Of a stretch of DNA of 64,000 bases, positions 35,765-48,820 are shown in pieces. A program made the translations under genes and the position numbers. Positions within the stretch are counted from its first letter, which is position 1, and every line of letters starts with the position of its first letter. This stretch comes from Sphyrna mokarran (Eukaryota): NCBI GenBank assembly GCA_024679065.1, contig JAGIQG010000013.1:33108001-33172000 (forward strand), in the 5' to 3' direction. The notes beneath the pieces are model-generated. The model did not search any database, was not told the origin of the DNA, and saw only the letters and a program-made list of their open reading frames with translations.

Positions 35765-37560
35765 AATTAAAGACCTTGCACTGGGTGCATGGTGTCCAGC
35801 ACTGTTTGTATTAAGAGTCGAGTGAGTGTGTCTTTAAGATTGCTGATACCCAAAAGAACACTAACATACCTCTGCCATGACTGGCTGTTGTCCACTTTTA
35901 TTGAGCCCCAACTGGGTGCAGACTGCCCTGGCACTGTTGATAAGTTTTGCTTGGATGCCAAATGCTGCTTTGATGTCAAGGGCAATCACTCTTACCTCAC
36001 TCCTGGAGTTCAGCTCTTTTATCCATGTTTGAATGAAGGCTGTCATGAGGTCAGGAGCTGAGTGACCTTGGCAGAACCCAAACTGAGCAGGTTATTGCTG
36101 AGTAAATGCTGCTTGATAGCACTGTTGATGTCTTCTTCACTTACTTTACTGATGATTAGGAGTAAACTGATGGAGCAATAATTGACTGGGTTGGATTTGT
36201 CCTGTTTATTGTATCTGTACATCATATTGTATGCAGGACATATATGGGCAATTTTCCATATTACCAGGTAGATGCCCATATTACCAGGTGTTGTAGCTGT
36301 ACTGGAACAGCTTGTCTAGGGGTGTGGCAAGTTCTGGAGCAAGGTCTTCAGTACTATCACCAGAGTATTGTCAAGGTTCATAGTCTTTGCAGTATCCAAT
36401 GCCTTCAACCATTTCTTGATTTCACATGGAGTACAGTGAATTTGCTGTAGAATGATATCTATGATGCTGGGGACCTCTGGAGGAGGAGATAATGGACCAT
36501 CCACTCAGGAGTTCTGGCTGCTCCATCATTGAGGATGGGGATATTTAGGGTGACTCCTTCCTCAGTGAGTTGTTTAATTGCCCACCACCATTTACGGCTG
36601 AATGTGGCAGGATTCTAGAGTTTAGATTTGATCAGTACTAGTTATACTGTTCAGCATGCAAGTAGTCCTGTGTTGTAGTTTCATCAGGTTGACATCTCAA
36701 TTTTAGATATTCCTGATGTTGTTCCTGGCTTGCTCTCCTGCACTCATCATTCAACCAGGATGATTCCCTGGCTTGGTGGTAACGATAGAATGGGGAATAT
36801 GCTAGGCCATGAGGTTACGTATTCTGGTTGAGTACAATTCTGCTGCTGCTGTTGATGGCCCGCAGCACCTCATGGATGCCTAGTTTTGAGTTGCTAGATC
36901 TGTTTCAAATCTATGCCATTTAGCACAGTGGTAGGGCCACATAATATGATGAAGGGTATCATATCAAGATGGGATTTTGTTTCCACAAGGAGTGTGTAAT
37001 GGTCACTCCCACCAATACCATAATGAACAAATGTATCTGGGACAGGCAGGTTGGTGAGGATGAGGTCAAGTGTGTTTTTCCCTCTTGTTGGTTCATTCAC
37101 CACCTGCCACAATCCCAGTCTAGCAGCCATGTCCAACTTGGTCTGTAGTGGTGTGCCTAAGCCACTCACGGTGATGGACATTGAAATTCTCCACGGAGAG
37201 TACATTCTGCATCCTTGCCACCTTCAGTACTTCTTCCAAGGAGTGTTTGACATGAAGGAGTCCTGATTCATTAGTTGATGAGCAACTAATCAACAGGAGG
37301 TTGATTAGTGATAATCAACAGGAGGTTTCCTTGCCCATAAGACTTCATGGGGTCCAGAGTTGATGCTGAACAATACTGCGCAACTCCCTACAGTCTCCCA
37401 ACTGTACTACTGTGCTGCTACCTCTATTGGTGGATTTATATCTATAAAGTACTATTCTATGCATATGATTATGTCAGACTGTTGCTAGGCTAGTCTGTGA
37501 GGCTATTTTTCCGATTTTGGCACAAGCCCCCAGATATTAATAAGGAGGACATTGCAGGAT
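35765..37560 (-). mobile_element. LINE ORF2 fragment (endonuclease to RT), same family as 33170-34030
   Basis: QVVNEPTRGKNTLDLILTNLP, QDKSNPVNYCSISLL, ALDIKAAF peptides; decayed. Confidence 0.88.
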
Positions 37561-37586
37561 TGACAGGGCTGGGTTTACAGTTGTTG

Positions 37587-37790
37587 GGGACGATTCTCCC
37601 AAAAAAAAACTCTAAGTGTCGAATTAGTGAAAACTGAAAATCAATTGACAGGGCCTATTCATGCTGGAGAGAGCTGATTACTCCAAAAAACTTGGGGCCG
37701 GGGTTGCGGGGAGGATATGCCGTCCAATGAGAAGCCTACTACAATGACCTCCACTGATGTCTCCTGGCCCATTCTACTGGGAGAATCACC
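37587..37790. mobile_element. Non-autonomous DNA element with gattctccca...tgggagaatc TIRs; related pieces at 49490-49870, 57850-58286, 58518-58720
   Basis: Inverted termini and a shared ctaagtgtcgaatt sub-terminal motif. Confidence 0.6.
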
Positions 37791-38164
37791 TCCAGCATTT
37801 CCGGAACTAGGTCAGTTCTGGGTGGTCCCTCCGCTTTCTTTCCTCGTGTTTTCTTGGTAGCAGCTGGATACAACTTAGTGGCTTGCTGGGCATTTTAGAG
37901 GGCATTTACGAGTTAACCACATTGCTGTGGGTCTGGAGCCACATGTAGTTCAGATCACGTAAGCATGGCAGGTTTCCTTCCCTCACAGGACATGAATGAG
38001 CCAGATGGGATTTTATGACCATTATGACAATGGTTTCATGATCATGGACTTTTAAATCCAGATGTTTTATTGAATTTTAAGTTCCATCATCTGTCATGGC
38101 GAGACTTGCATCCAGGCCTCTATAACATTACCCTAGACTTTTGGACAAAAGCACTGTACTACCA

Positions 38165-39030
38165 AGTCCCCATGGGTCTTTTTCAGGTTGGCAAGATGCA
38201 AGAAGTGATCTGCACAGGGATCAGTGCTGGGCCTCAACTTACAATTTATATAAGTGATTTGCAGGAAGGAACTGAAGGGATGGTTTGCTAAATTTGCTGA
38301 TGACACAATGATAGGCAGGAAACTTACTTGTGAAGAGGACATAAAGAGTTGCAAAGAGATATAGATAGGTTAAGTGAGTAGAAACAAATCTGGAAAATGG
38401 ACAATTACATACGAAAATGTGAAATTGCCCATTTTGGCAGGAAGAATAAAAAAGCCTATTATTTAAAAGGTGAGAGATTGCAGAGCTCTTAGTTGCAAAG
38501 GAATCTGGGTCTCCTGGTGCTTGAATCACAAGAAGCTAATATGCAAATAAAGCAAGTAATTAGGAAAGCTAACAGAGTGTTTTTGCTTATTGTGGGGGAA
38601 TTGAATATAAAAGTTAAGAAGGTTATGCTTCAGTTGTACAGGGCACTAGTGATTCACATTTGGAATACTGTGTACAAAATTGGTCTTATTATTTAAAGAA
38701 GGATGCAAACGCATTCGAAACAGTTCAGAGAACGTTTACCAGACTAGCATGGGAGAGTTGTCTTATGAGGAAATGTTGAACATGCTAGACTTGTATCTGC
38801 TGCAGTTTAGAAGAGTAAGAAGGGACTTGATTGAAACATAAAAGATCCTGAAGGGTCATAATAAGGTAAATGAAGAGACAATGAAGAGAGAATGTTTCCT
38901 CTTGTGAAACAATCTGGAAATAGGCATCACTTTTTAATATTTGGTGGTCGCCCATTTAAAAGGAGATAGGTGAATTGTTTTCCAATCAGAAGGTGATGAA
39001 TTTTTGGAACTGAGATGGTGGAAGCAGAAA
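38165..39030 (+). mobile_element. Old CR1 LINE 3' half
   Basis: QGSVLGPQ / KFADDT / MLQLYRALV remnants. Confidence 0.85.
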
Positions 39031-39924
39031 TTGGAATTTTGCAATGATTTCTGCCCGGGAGATCTTCTGGCCCCACCAACACAGCCCCTCGGCCCTTCCT
39101 AGGAGGTGGAGAGTGCAAACAATGGGAAACTCAATTGATTATTTTTATGTTCTTTGAAATACGGCGTCTCTAGCGGTAAGCACTCCCTCAGGGCAGAATT
39201 CTTCCAACCCACCCGAGGATGGGTTGGTGGCAAGACGATACAGAGAATTCAATGGAAGCCAAAAAGTCTGAAAGCTGTAAGCTGAAAGTCCCATTTCAAA
39301 TCATGTAGTGGTGGGTCAGTCTTCCTGCTGGCAGGTGGTGGAATGCTATTTAATTTCATTTACACCTCATGATTGCTCATTAAGACAATTGCCTTTGAAT
39401 CTTGCGTCAAGCCAATGGAAAATTGCATCATGTCCAATCCAATTAATAAAGGCTGGTGTACAAAACAGGGCAACATGCAAAGTCTAGCTACCATAGTGCT
39501 CCACCGTTCCTTATGTGCCATGTTTCTGCCTGCAAGGGCAAGGAGATTCCTGCCTCCATCTCCATGCTGAGCTGATTTTTACAGACAGCACCATGCTGCT
39601 GGACCGAGGGATCCTCCTGTGATACCAACTTTGAGCAGTACTTGGTGTTGGGGAGTACAGGATCTCCTTCCCCTTAGTTCCACATTGTTCCAGATAGTGT
39701 CTTTCTGGACAGCATTGTACTGCAGGACTCATGCAGCCATCATAACAAAGGTCTGAAGTTCAACTGGAGAGGTTTGCAAAGTGAGGACATGGGATGGGCA
39801 GTCAAAGACAAGCCTTCTCCATATCTTTTAAGATGATATCTTACAAAATATTTATCAAGTTCTCTTTTAAAGTTTTTGTTGATTTTATTACCACCATAAT
39901 GTCTGGTAGGCATTCCATTTTCCC

Positions 39925-40400
39925 AAAGGTAAGAGAGTCTAAAACTAGAGGGCAAAGATTTAAAGTGAGAGGAGAGAGATACAAAAGGGTCCAGAGGGGC
40001 AATCTTTTCATTCAGAGGATGGTGAGTTTCTGGAATGAGTTGCCAGCGGCAGTAGTAGAGGTGAGTAAAATTTTATCTTTTAAAAAGCATTTAGACAGTT
40101 AGGTGGGTAAAATAGACATAGAGGGATAGGGGCCAAACAAAGAACAAAGAACAAAACAGCACGGGAAACAGGCCCTTCGGCCGCAACGAGCAATCCCAAT
40201 GTTCCCACCTCTACCCATGATCCCTGTCTATGTTTAGATCTATGGATTAAAAACCAAATTTGAGACAATTTAGGGAGAATTTGTTTTGCCAATTAGCCTA
40301 AGATGCAGGCAATTGGGAATAGCTCAGTGATAAAAACTTGATGCCTTGGACATGTTGGGCTGAAGAGCCTGTTTTCATGCTGTAAACCTCTATGACTCGA
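39925..40400 (+). mobile_element. CR1 LINE 3' fragment with a nested opposite-strand tail fragment (~40135-40190)
   Basis: SKTRGQRFKVRG...WNELP peptide; (aacaaag)n tail in the reverse orientation. Confidence 0.75.
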
Positions 40401-40668
40401 TAATCTAACAACTTTTCTTCAAGCAACTTCTAACTTGATTATTATGGCTCTTATGACAATTGTCTTAAATTATCCAAAACCTGGCAATAAATGTTATTAT
40501 AGCTGGCCCATGATAACATTGGGAAAGATAACCGAAATCTTTGTCTCCACACATGCATTTTGAGCTCTAGTAGTATCAATTTAAAATAAAAATTGGCCAG
40601 ACTATTAAATTAATTATTTTGTTCTGTATCAAGATTCTCATATCTTGAAAGGAGTTAAAAAGAAAAAC

Positions 40669-40842
40669 CTTAAGACAATTCTGCAATCGTTGCCGCAATT
40701 CTGTGTTTATAGGTTCATATTGAAAGAGCTGACGGACTTCTAGTACGGAAGGACACTTTATGACAGGAGGAGGTGAAGTGTCCACTTGTTCCATGTGCAG
40801 ATCCATAGGATGTGTGCCAACAGGAGGGCCTGGTTTCTTGTG
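40669..40842 (-). CDS. SPAG17: SPAG17 exon (174 nt, phase 0-0): HKKPGPPVGT...KCPSVLEVRQLFQYEPINTELRQRLQNCLK
   Basis: tgtttccag| acceptor, weak AAG|gttttt donor; PGPP.GT and PSVL..RQ motifs. Confidence 0.9.
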
Positions 40843-42110
40843 CTGGAAACATTGGAAACAGAAAGGGAAATCAATTTTTTTGGATCAGACAAGCCTCAAT
40901 CAAGTAAAGATTTCTATATAAGTAACTTTTACAGTTAGCATGACCACAGTTAGTATCAAGTTTAGAGTGAAAAAAATTACTGCAGCTTTTAAAATATTAA
41001 GAAAAAGTCCACATTAGGAGAGTAAAAACATCACAAAGGAACTAAGTAGATTTTGCATTCAGGTCAGGATATCCTTTAGTCTCAAACTTTTCAACTCTGC
41101 AGAAAATTATGAGGTGATTGGAACTGTCCTCCCTGCCAGAAACTATAGAAAAATGGAGCAAATAAAATGGAATGGGGGACTTACCCATTTCAATTTAGCA
41201 GGCTACAATTTTAAATTTCTGGGTTTGGGTCCTTGTCCTAAGAACAGGTTTGATGTGATCCGGGAGCTTTCTTCTGGGACCCAGAAGGAAACCTTACATC
41301 TCTCCTGCCTGAGGGCTTCCTCCCTCACCAACTCTGATGCCCCTCTATGAGCCTTCCAACATAAATGCCTTGGATCTTGGCCTCCAAGTTGCTCAATTTT
41401 AACAGCCAATTTCTTTGAAAGAAAATTCAGCAAGGGGAGTGTTAATGAAGCTTGACTTAAAGTTGGCTGAAAACCCTGCTGCTGTGCCCTAACAGGCCAA
41501 ATGTTGTGAATTTCTTTGCATACCCAGGAGTAAAAATGATTCCTAGTAACTCTTATTCTGGCATTATTTCACAGATGCTGCCAGCCTGAAAATACTTTAC
41601 CCAAAAGGCCAGTGCTTGCGTTTGAGCTAGAACAAGTGTTACCTTTGCAGCAACAGTTTTTTAATGATAATGAGAAAACCTTTGCTTGTTGAGCCCACCA
41701 TTGCCATGGCTGAGATCCGCAGTGGCTGAGATCCATTGATTTTGCAAAAAACTGGAACTGAACTCATACAGCTGTAACTCAACATAAAAACTTGCGTTTC
41801 AAATCCTGTATTGCATTTAACCATTAAGCCATCTGTGAAATCAGTTTTTACATGTTAACTTATATCATTGTCAATATATTGATTGTTCACAATAGTTCCA
41901 TCCATATACAAGTCAGTAACAAATTGAAAGTTATGTAAAGAAAGGGACATACAGGACATGGCGAAAACAAGTATCAATACAAGTCTGAAGTTTTTTTAAA
42001 CACTTAAGTATGAATAATCCTGTAATTCTGGACACTGAACAAGAATGACAAACAAAACCCACCCTTCTCCTGCCTTCAATTAATATATTCCTTTGAAGCA
42101 TTAGAGGTAC

Positions 42111-42244
42111 CTCTACTTGAGGAAATGTATCCCACTTTCTCGATTGAAGATTGCGGGGCACAATATTAGCTACTTCCTTTTTTATTAACCAGTGTGATCC
42201 AATGTCTTCGGTGGATGGCTGGAGGAAAGTGATACCCAAGACAC
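42111..42244 (-). CDS. SPAG17: SPAG17 exon (134 nt, phase 1-0): GVLGITFLQPSTEDIGSHWLIKKEVANIVPRNLQSRKWDTFPQVE
   Basis: ttcaaacag| acceptor, GAG|gtacct donor; IVP.NL.SR.W.TFP.VE motif. Confidence 0.94.
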
Positions 42245-42887
42245 CTGTTTGAAGTAAATATGGAAAAAGCTTAAAAAAAGAATAAAAGTGTATTATTTAA
42301 ATACCTTAATGTAAAAGTCTACATAAAAAAATTAAATTAGTCTGCGAATACTAGAATGTAATTTTTTTGCTTTAAAATTATATTCTCCCTTCATTTTCCA
42401 TTTATAATAAAAGCATGATGATCTTAGCCATTTATTTTTGAATGTAATTGCATCTATGTTTGCCAACAATACAAAGGTTGGTGAGAAAGTTAGTTATGAA
42501 AATGATAAGAATATGTTGCAAAAGAATACAGGCAGGTCGTGAGTGGGTAAGAACATTACTGATGGAATATCAGGTGAGGAATTTGATTTAATTTAATTTG
42601 ATTTATTATTGTTACATTTATTAGCATACCATACATAAAAAAAAGGAGAGGCTGCAGTGTAATGTTACAGTCATAGCTAGGGTATAAAGAAAGATTACAG
42701 AGTTTTAAAAAGTTACAGTAGAGTTTTAAAAGCACAGAACAAGAGTCAAAGATAGAATTAGAGAATATGCTGGGAATCGTTGCGCTCCAGTGCCATCTTG
42801 GATACGGAAGTGTGAAATTATCCACTTTGTTGGAACAATAGAAAAGGAAAATATTTTTAACTAGTGGGAGTAAAGAAATCATACTTC

Positions 42888-43198
42888 ATAGAATCACAGA
42901 ATCCCACAGTGCAGAAAGAGGCCATTCAGCCCATCTAGTCTGCACTGACCACAATCCTATCTGAATCCTATCCCATAACCCTATGCATTTAGCCTAGCTA
43001 GTCCCCCTCAAAGGGGAATTTAGAATGGCTAATCCATCTAACATTTTTGGACTGTGGGAGGAAATCGGAGGGCACCTGGACGAAACTCATACAGACACGG
43101 GAGGGATATGCAAACTCCACACCGACAGTGAGCCAATCGGGAATCAAACCCTGGTCACTGGCACAGTGAAGCATCAGTGTTAACCACTGTGCCACCCT
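42888..43198 (-). mobile_element. HE1-like tRNA SINE (inside old CR1 debris ~42440-43570)
   Basis: Reverse complement of the SINE family; catagaatc tail. Confidence 0.87.
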
Positions 43199-43942
43199 AC
43201 CTAGGCCTGCTAATTATGTATAATTACCCAAGGAAAGATATACTTGCTTTGGTGCAGTGAAGTTCACCAGATTGACTCCTAGAAATGAGGACATTGTCTC
43301 AGCAGAGGCTGATTATTCTGGATCTATATTCCCTGAAATTTAGAAGAATAAGAGATGATCTGATTGATTGGCAACTTTTTTTAAAGAGCTTGATAGGTAG
43401 GTGTTATTAAGATGTTTCTCTTGTCTATGAAGTCTAGAATTAGCAATAGTTACTGAGTAAGGGGTTTGTCATTTGGAACTGAGACAAGAAGATATTTGTC
43501 CCACTCAGTGGGTTGTGAATCTTTGGAATTGTGTACTCCATAAAGCTGCAGGTGCTGAGTCATATGAGTATAGACTGATCTAACATCTCAAAACTGAGCA
43601 TACGTTATGCACTGTGGGCTATCAACCACAACCTGCTACTCCCTGGCATACTGCTCATGTTTCATATTACCACCACTCTGATTCATGAAGAATGTAGGAA
43701 ATCATGCCAGGAACAGCACCAGGCATCCCAAGTATAAAATTATACTGTGGTACGAATAAAATTCATAAATCAATAGAAACCCATAGGGGTATCTCCTCCA
43801 TGCAGGGAAGGAGAAATCAAAGCATAAAAGATGTTGCAGCCAAAATTACTATAGTATTACTGTATATAGTGCTATTTTGTTATTGTAATCTGTTTCACAT
43901 TAATCCTCATAGGCCATCCAGCCTATGGCCCAGCTTCCTGAC

Positions 43943-44073
43943 CTGGAAGTTCTGGCAGTTGTTCCTTCAGAATTGCAGTGGCTGAATTTGAGTATGCTTG
44001 ATATAGGTAGTCTTCCACTTCGCTGGATCGAAGTAGTTCAGTCCCTGAGCCATCGGCATGCAGAACAAAAAAT
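43943..44073 (-). CDS. SPAG17: SPAG17 exon (131 nt, phase 2-1): RFFVLHADGSGTELLRSSEVEDYLYQAYSNSATAILKEQLPELPG
   Basis: cctgacag| acceptor, G|gtcagg donor; RFFV..ADGSG.ELLR motif. Confidence 0.95.
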
Positions 44074-44399
44074 CTGTCAGGTAAAACAAAGCAATGTTGC
44101 ATCATATCTAAATATATTAATGGGCATTTGAAGCGCAGTACCTAAAACTGCTACAGAAGCAAAATATCTTGAATGCCGGAAACCTAAAATAACAACAAAA
44201 AAAAACTGGAAATATTTGGCAGGTCTGGAAGCAACTATATCTCTTTCCATAGATGCTGCTAGACTCTTTGAGTACCTCGCATTTTCTGTTTTTATTATTC
44301 CAGAAGTGTTAGTTGCGTAATAAACACATAAGCACAGTCACACATTCAATTTCAAAATTATTGAAGTGTAAATCCCATTCACACAGCAATGGCAGTATA

Positions 44400-45240
44400 T
44401 CAGAGATGCCAATATCACTCTCAACACTGGCATGGTCTCAGTTCTTGCTGCCAACTCTGCCACCTGCTCCTCATTTCTTAAAAATGGCCTAAGCTCAGGT
44501 ATCCCACCTTTAATCTGGGATTTCTCCTTGTTGTTCTGTGCAATCTTCCTTTGCACAAAGACATACTGATAGACTTCAAGCAGGACAAATGCCAAAGTAG
44601 CTTCTGTGGGTGCTGAATGGACCTCTGCAAGGGGTGAGAATGTGAACGGAACAAGAAGTGGCAAGACACGAAAATTTTGTGGTCAAGGTGAGAGAATCAG
44701 TGGTGATATCCTTTGTTCTGGCAATGTGCAAAATCCTGGTGGACTGTAACCTTGCAAATGCTTGATGAGATAATTTGTCCTCTTCCAGCACTGGAAAGTA
44801 TTTCTCCTCTGAGGTGCATTATTGTTGACTGCATTGGTAACTTGCTTCTGAGCTGGCATGGTGAGATTGGAGGATCTCTGGTTCCCAGCTAGAGAAAGCT
44901 ATGTCTCACCAGTCCTCCACGGCCTGGAGGAATGGCATCAGTATGATGTCGCTAAACTTCAGAGCTAGCTTTGTTCTCCTAGGTGCCATTTTACTATTCG
45001 GCATGATAAGTTCTGGGCTGCAGAGACTAATATATGCATGGCTGCAGTTTGAAAATGGTGCCCAGAAATATGAGCCGATAAGGTAATGGCAGGAAGGGTG
45101 AATCGCAGCCCATTCTGCCATGAGATAGGATGTACAATGTGCTCATGCATAATTAGTGAGTTGAAAGGAGACAATCTGGCATGGAAACTTGCCACAATGG
45201 CTGGTGGGTTGCACATTACCTTTCCCACCTTCCACCCCAC
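44400..45240 (-). mobile_element. PIF/Harbinger accessory Myb/SANT ORF remnant
   Basis: MAPRR...KFSDIIL..FLQAVE and KIAQNNKEK..IKGGIPELRP..EEQVAELA peptides. Confidence 0.65.
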
Positions 45241-45318
45241 TTAGAATCATTGGATCAGCTCTAACAAGCACTGACTGATTGCTTAATTTTTGTGAATAAT
45301 TGTAAATTAATAACTAAC

Positions 45319-45446
45319 CTTGGTGCATGTTTTTTATAAGTGATGGGCTCTTGTTTGTTTATTTGATTTTGGGGAACAGCATCTTCTTCCTCTCTCTCTT
45401 GATTGCCATCATGACTGAAAACAAATGTATTCCCATCCACCATAAC
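45319..45446 (-). CDS. SPAG17: SPAG17 exon (128 nt, phase 0-2): VMVDGNTFVFSHDGNQEREEEDAVPQNQINKQEPITYKKHAPR
   Basis: tgtactag|GTT acceptor, AG|gttagt donor; VM.DG...H.PR motif. Confidence 0.92.
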
Positions 45447-47057
45447 CTAGTACATAACAATAGACAAAACTTGAAACATCCTTGTAAAGTTCCAGTATGG
45501 ACACATTTGTACTTGTTACTGATCTTTAAAAAAACTAATCGAATTTCTCTCTTAAACTAATTGAATTTTCTCTATCTCGAAGTAAGTTCTGTTCATTCAT
45601 TATGCCCATGTGATTAAGGCTTCCTGAGGGTGGAAATCAGGCTAAACAAAGGTCAGAGCAGTGGCTGCTATCAGTAATACTTCCTTCTTTGGTTCTGTGT
45701 CTGTAAGTTGTCATATCTCTTTGTGATTGTTGTTTATATTAAAAGTGTGCTATAAATACAAGCTCTCAATCCAATATTCTACTCTGATAACTAGATCTGG
45801 AGGAGACAAAATTTTGCTCTGCTTTTTGTTAACAATATTTAACCTATCCTTCAAATACTTGTCTCTAGCCTTGCCTCCATCAACTTATCTGACTGCTTTT
45901 CAGAAATATGTGGACTGCTGGTGTGCTGTTTAGCTTCATTGCTGAGTGGATATATTGCATATTTCCACTCTGGTCTAAGCTCCTGCCAATATAATTTCAA
46001 ATAATATTATCACAAACTTCCTGTTTCCCTATTTTTCATGTGCTTGAGATAAGGGTATGATTAGTAAGGTCTCTATTGCCCATTCTCAGTTTTCGTTGAG
46101 GACGCTATTGATGGTCACCTTCCTGAAATACTATAGGTCATGTTGTCACCAATTCTGCTAGATAGAAAAACTGAGATTTGTCCAAATCAGGGTAACTGTG
46201 AATTGGAGCTGCTTTGTTGCCTGTGTTCCTCTCATGGTGGAGGTTGTGCATTTGTTGATGATGCTTTGGTGACTTTCTGTTTGATACCATTAGATAGCAC
46301 AAAATAAAGCTGCTGTGCTGAGAGAATGGATGTTTCTGGAGCTACACTCATTCAGGCAAATATAGGATTCCATAACAGTTCTGTCATGTGCCTCATAGAT
46401 GGTTATTGAGTTAGAGGATCAGTCATCAGTTGCAAAATACTCAGCCTCTGACTTGCTCTAATAGCTACAGCATTTATATTGTTGGTCCAGTTGAACTTCT
46501 AACTAATGGCAACTCCCAAAATGTTGATGCAGAGAGCTTCAACAAAGATACTGTCATTGAATGGCAAAAACATTCTGTATTGTTGCAGATGTTCACTATT
46601 GGCACCTGTATGATATAAAATGTAACTTGTTAGCCTAAATGTGGATGTATAGATTTTTTCCAGCTTGTTTCATTGTCTCAATCTTCAACTCACCCCATGT
46701 ACCACTGTTATTATCTCCTCACCAATTAAATTCCCATTGCCAAGCTTGACCAGGTTCCTATATTCCAACATGTTGACAACAAAATTTTTGTTCCCATTTT
46801 TGAATCCCTTTGTGGCTTCCAGCTCAGATCCTTCATTTATTTTCATTCATTCATGGAATGTGAGCACTGCTGGCTAGGCCAGCAATTAATGCCCACCTTA
46901 TTACCCTTGAGAAAGTGGTAGTGAGCTGCCTTTGTGAGCTGCTGCAGTTTGTAAGGTCTAGGTACACTCACTGTACTGTTTGATAAGGAGTTCCAAGATT
47001 TTGACCCAATGATTGTAAAGGAAATTGATATATTTCCAAGTCAGGATAATGAGTGTC

Positions 47058-48820
47058 TCGTCCATCATTGGAGGCAGGGAAGATCCCAAAGAACTGGAAA
47101 GTAACTAATGTAACAGCGCTGTTTAAGAAGGGAGGGAGACAGCAGATGGCAAATTATTAGCAGGTTAGCCTAACATCGGTCATTGGAAAGATTTTAGAGT
47201 CCATCATTAAAGATATGATTGCAGAGTACTTGGAAGTGTATGATAAAGTAGGACTGAGTCAGCATGGCTTTGTCAAGGGAAGGTCAAGGGAATAGTGGAT
47301 TCTCGGAGGCTATTTCCCAGGGCTGAAATGGTCGCTACGAGAGGACACAGGTTTAAATGGGGCAAGTACAGAGAAGATGTTAGAGGTAAGTTTTTCACTC
47401 AGAGGGTGGTGAGTGAATGGAATCAGCTGCCATCAGTGGTGGTAGAGGCAAACTTGCTGGGGTCTTTTAAGAGGCTCCTGGATGAGTACATGAGATTTAA
47501 TAGGATTGGGAGTTACAGATAGTTCAATGGCCTGGTAGGTACTGATATGATCGGCACAACTTGTGGGCCAAAGGGCCTGTTTGTGCTGTAGTGTTCTATG
47601 TTCTAAATCTGTTAGAGTTCTTTGAGGAGATAACAGGGAAGTTAGATAAAGGAGAACCAAAGGACATGACTTATTTAGATTTCCAAAAGACCTTTGACAA
47701 GGTACCGCATAGGAGACTGTTAAATTAGCTGAGCCCCCATGGTATTAAGAGTAAGATCCTAGCATGGGTAGAGGATTGGCTGACTGGCAGAAGGCAGAGT
47801 GTGGGGATAAAGGTTTTTTTTAGAATAGCAGCTGGTGACTAATGGTGTGCCTCAGGAGTCGGTGCTGGGACCACAACTTTTCATAATATACATTAATGAT
47901 TTGGAAGAAGGCACTGTTGCTAACTTTGCAGATAATACAAAGATATGTAGATGGACAGGTAGTATTGAGGAAGCAGGGGGCTGCAGAAGGACTTGGACAG
48001 GTTAGGAGACTGGGCAAAGAACTGGCAGATGGAATACAATGTGGAAAAGTATGAGGTATTGCACTTTGAAAGGAGGAATGGAGGAACAGACTATTTTCTA
48101 AGTGAGAAAATGCTTAGGAAGTTAGAAGCACAAAGCGACTTGTGAGTCCTTGTTCAAGATGCTCTTAAGGTTAATGTACAAGTTCAGTCAGCAGTTAAAA
48201 AGACAAATGCAACGTTAGCATTCATGTCGATAGGGCTAGAACACAAGAGCACGGACGTACTTCCAAAGCCCTGGTTGGACCTATTTGGAGTATGGTGAGC
48301 AGTTTTGGGCCCCATATCTAAGGAAGAACGTGCTGCCCTTGGAAAGGATCCAGACGAGGTTCACAAGAATGATCCATGGAATGAAAAGCTTGTCGTATAA
48401 AGAACGATTGAGGACTTTAGGTCTGCACTCGTTGATGAGGGGGAATCTTATTGAAACTTACAGGATACTGTGAGGCCCAGATAGAGTGGACAAGGAGACA
48501 GTGTTTCCACAAGTAGAAAAAACTAGAACCAGAGGGCAGAACACAGACTAAAGGAATGATCCTTCAAAACAGAGATGAGGAATTTCTTCAGCCAGAGAAT
48601 GGTAAATCTGTAGAATTCTTTGCTGCAGAAGGCTGTGGAGGCCCAGTCATTGAGTGTCTTTAAGACAGAGGTAGATAGGTTCTTAATTAATAAGAGAATC
48701 AGGGGTTATGGGAGAAAGGCAGGAGAATGGGGTTGAGAAAAATATCAGCCAGGACTGAATGACAGAGCAGACTCAATGGACTGAGCAACCTAATTCTGCT
48801 CCTATGTTTAATGGTCTTAA
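47058..48820 (+). mobile_element. CR1 LINE RT-to-3' fragment, inserted in an opposite-strand LINE tail (46840-47057 and 48821-49230)
   Basis: [36 protein letters not shown] remnants; tail ctaattctgctcctatg. Confidence 0.9.
47287..47604 (+). mobile_element. Short CR1/HER1 3' fragment nested in the larger CR1
   Basis: Splits the host motif GFVKGRS|(CLT)NLLEFFE; has its own (tgttcta)n tail. Confidence 0.85.
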
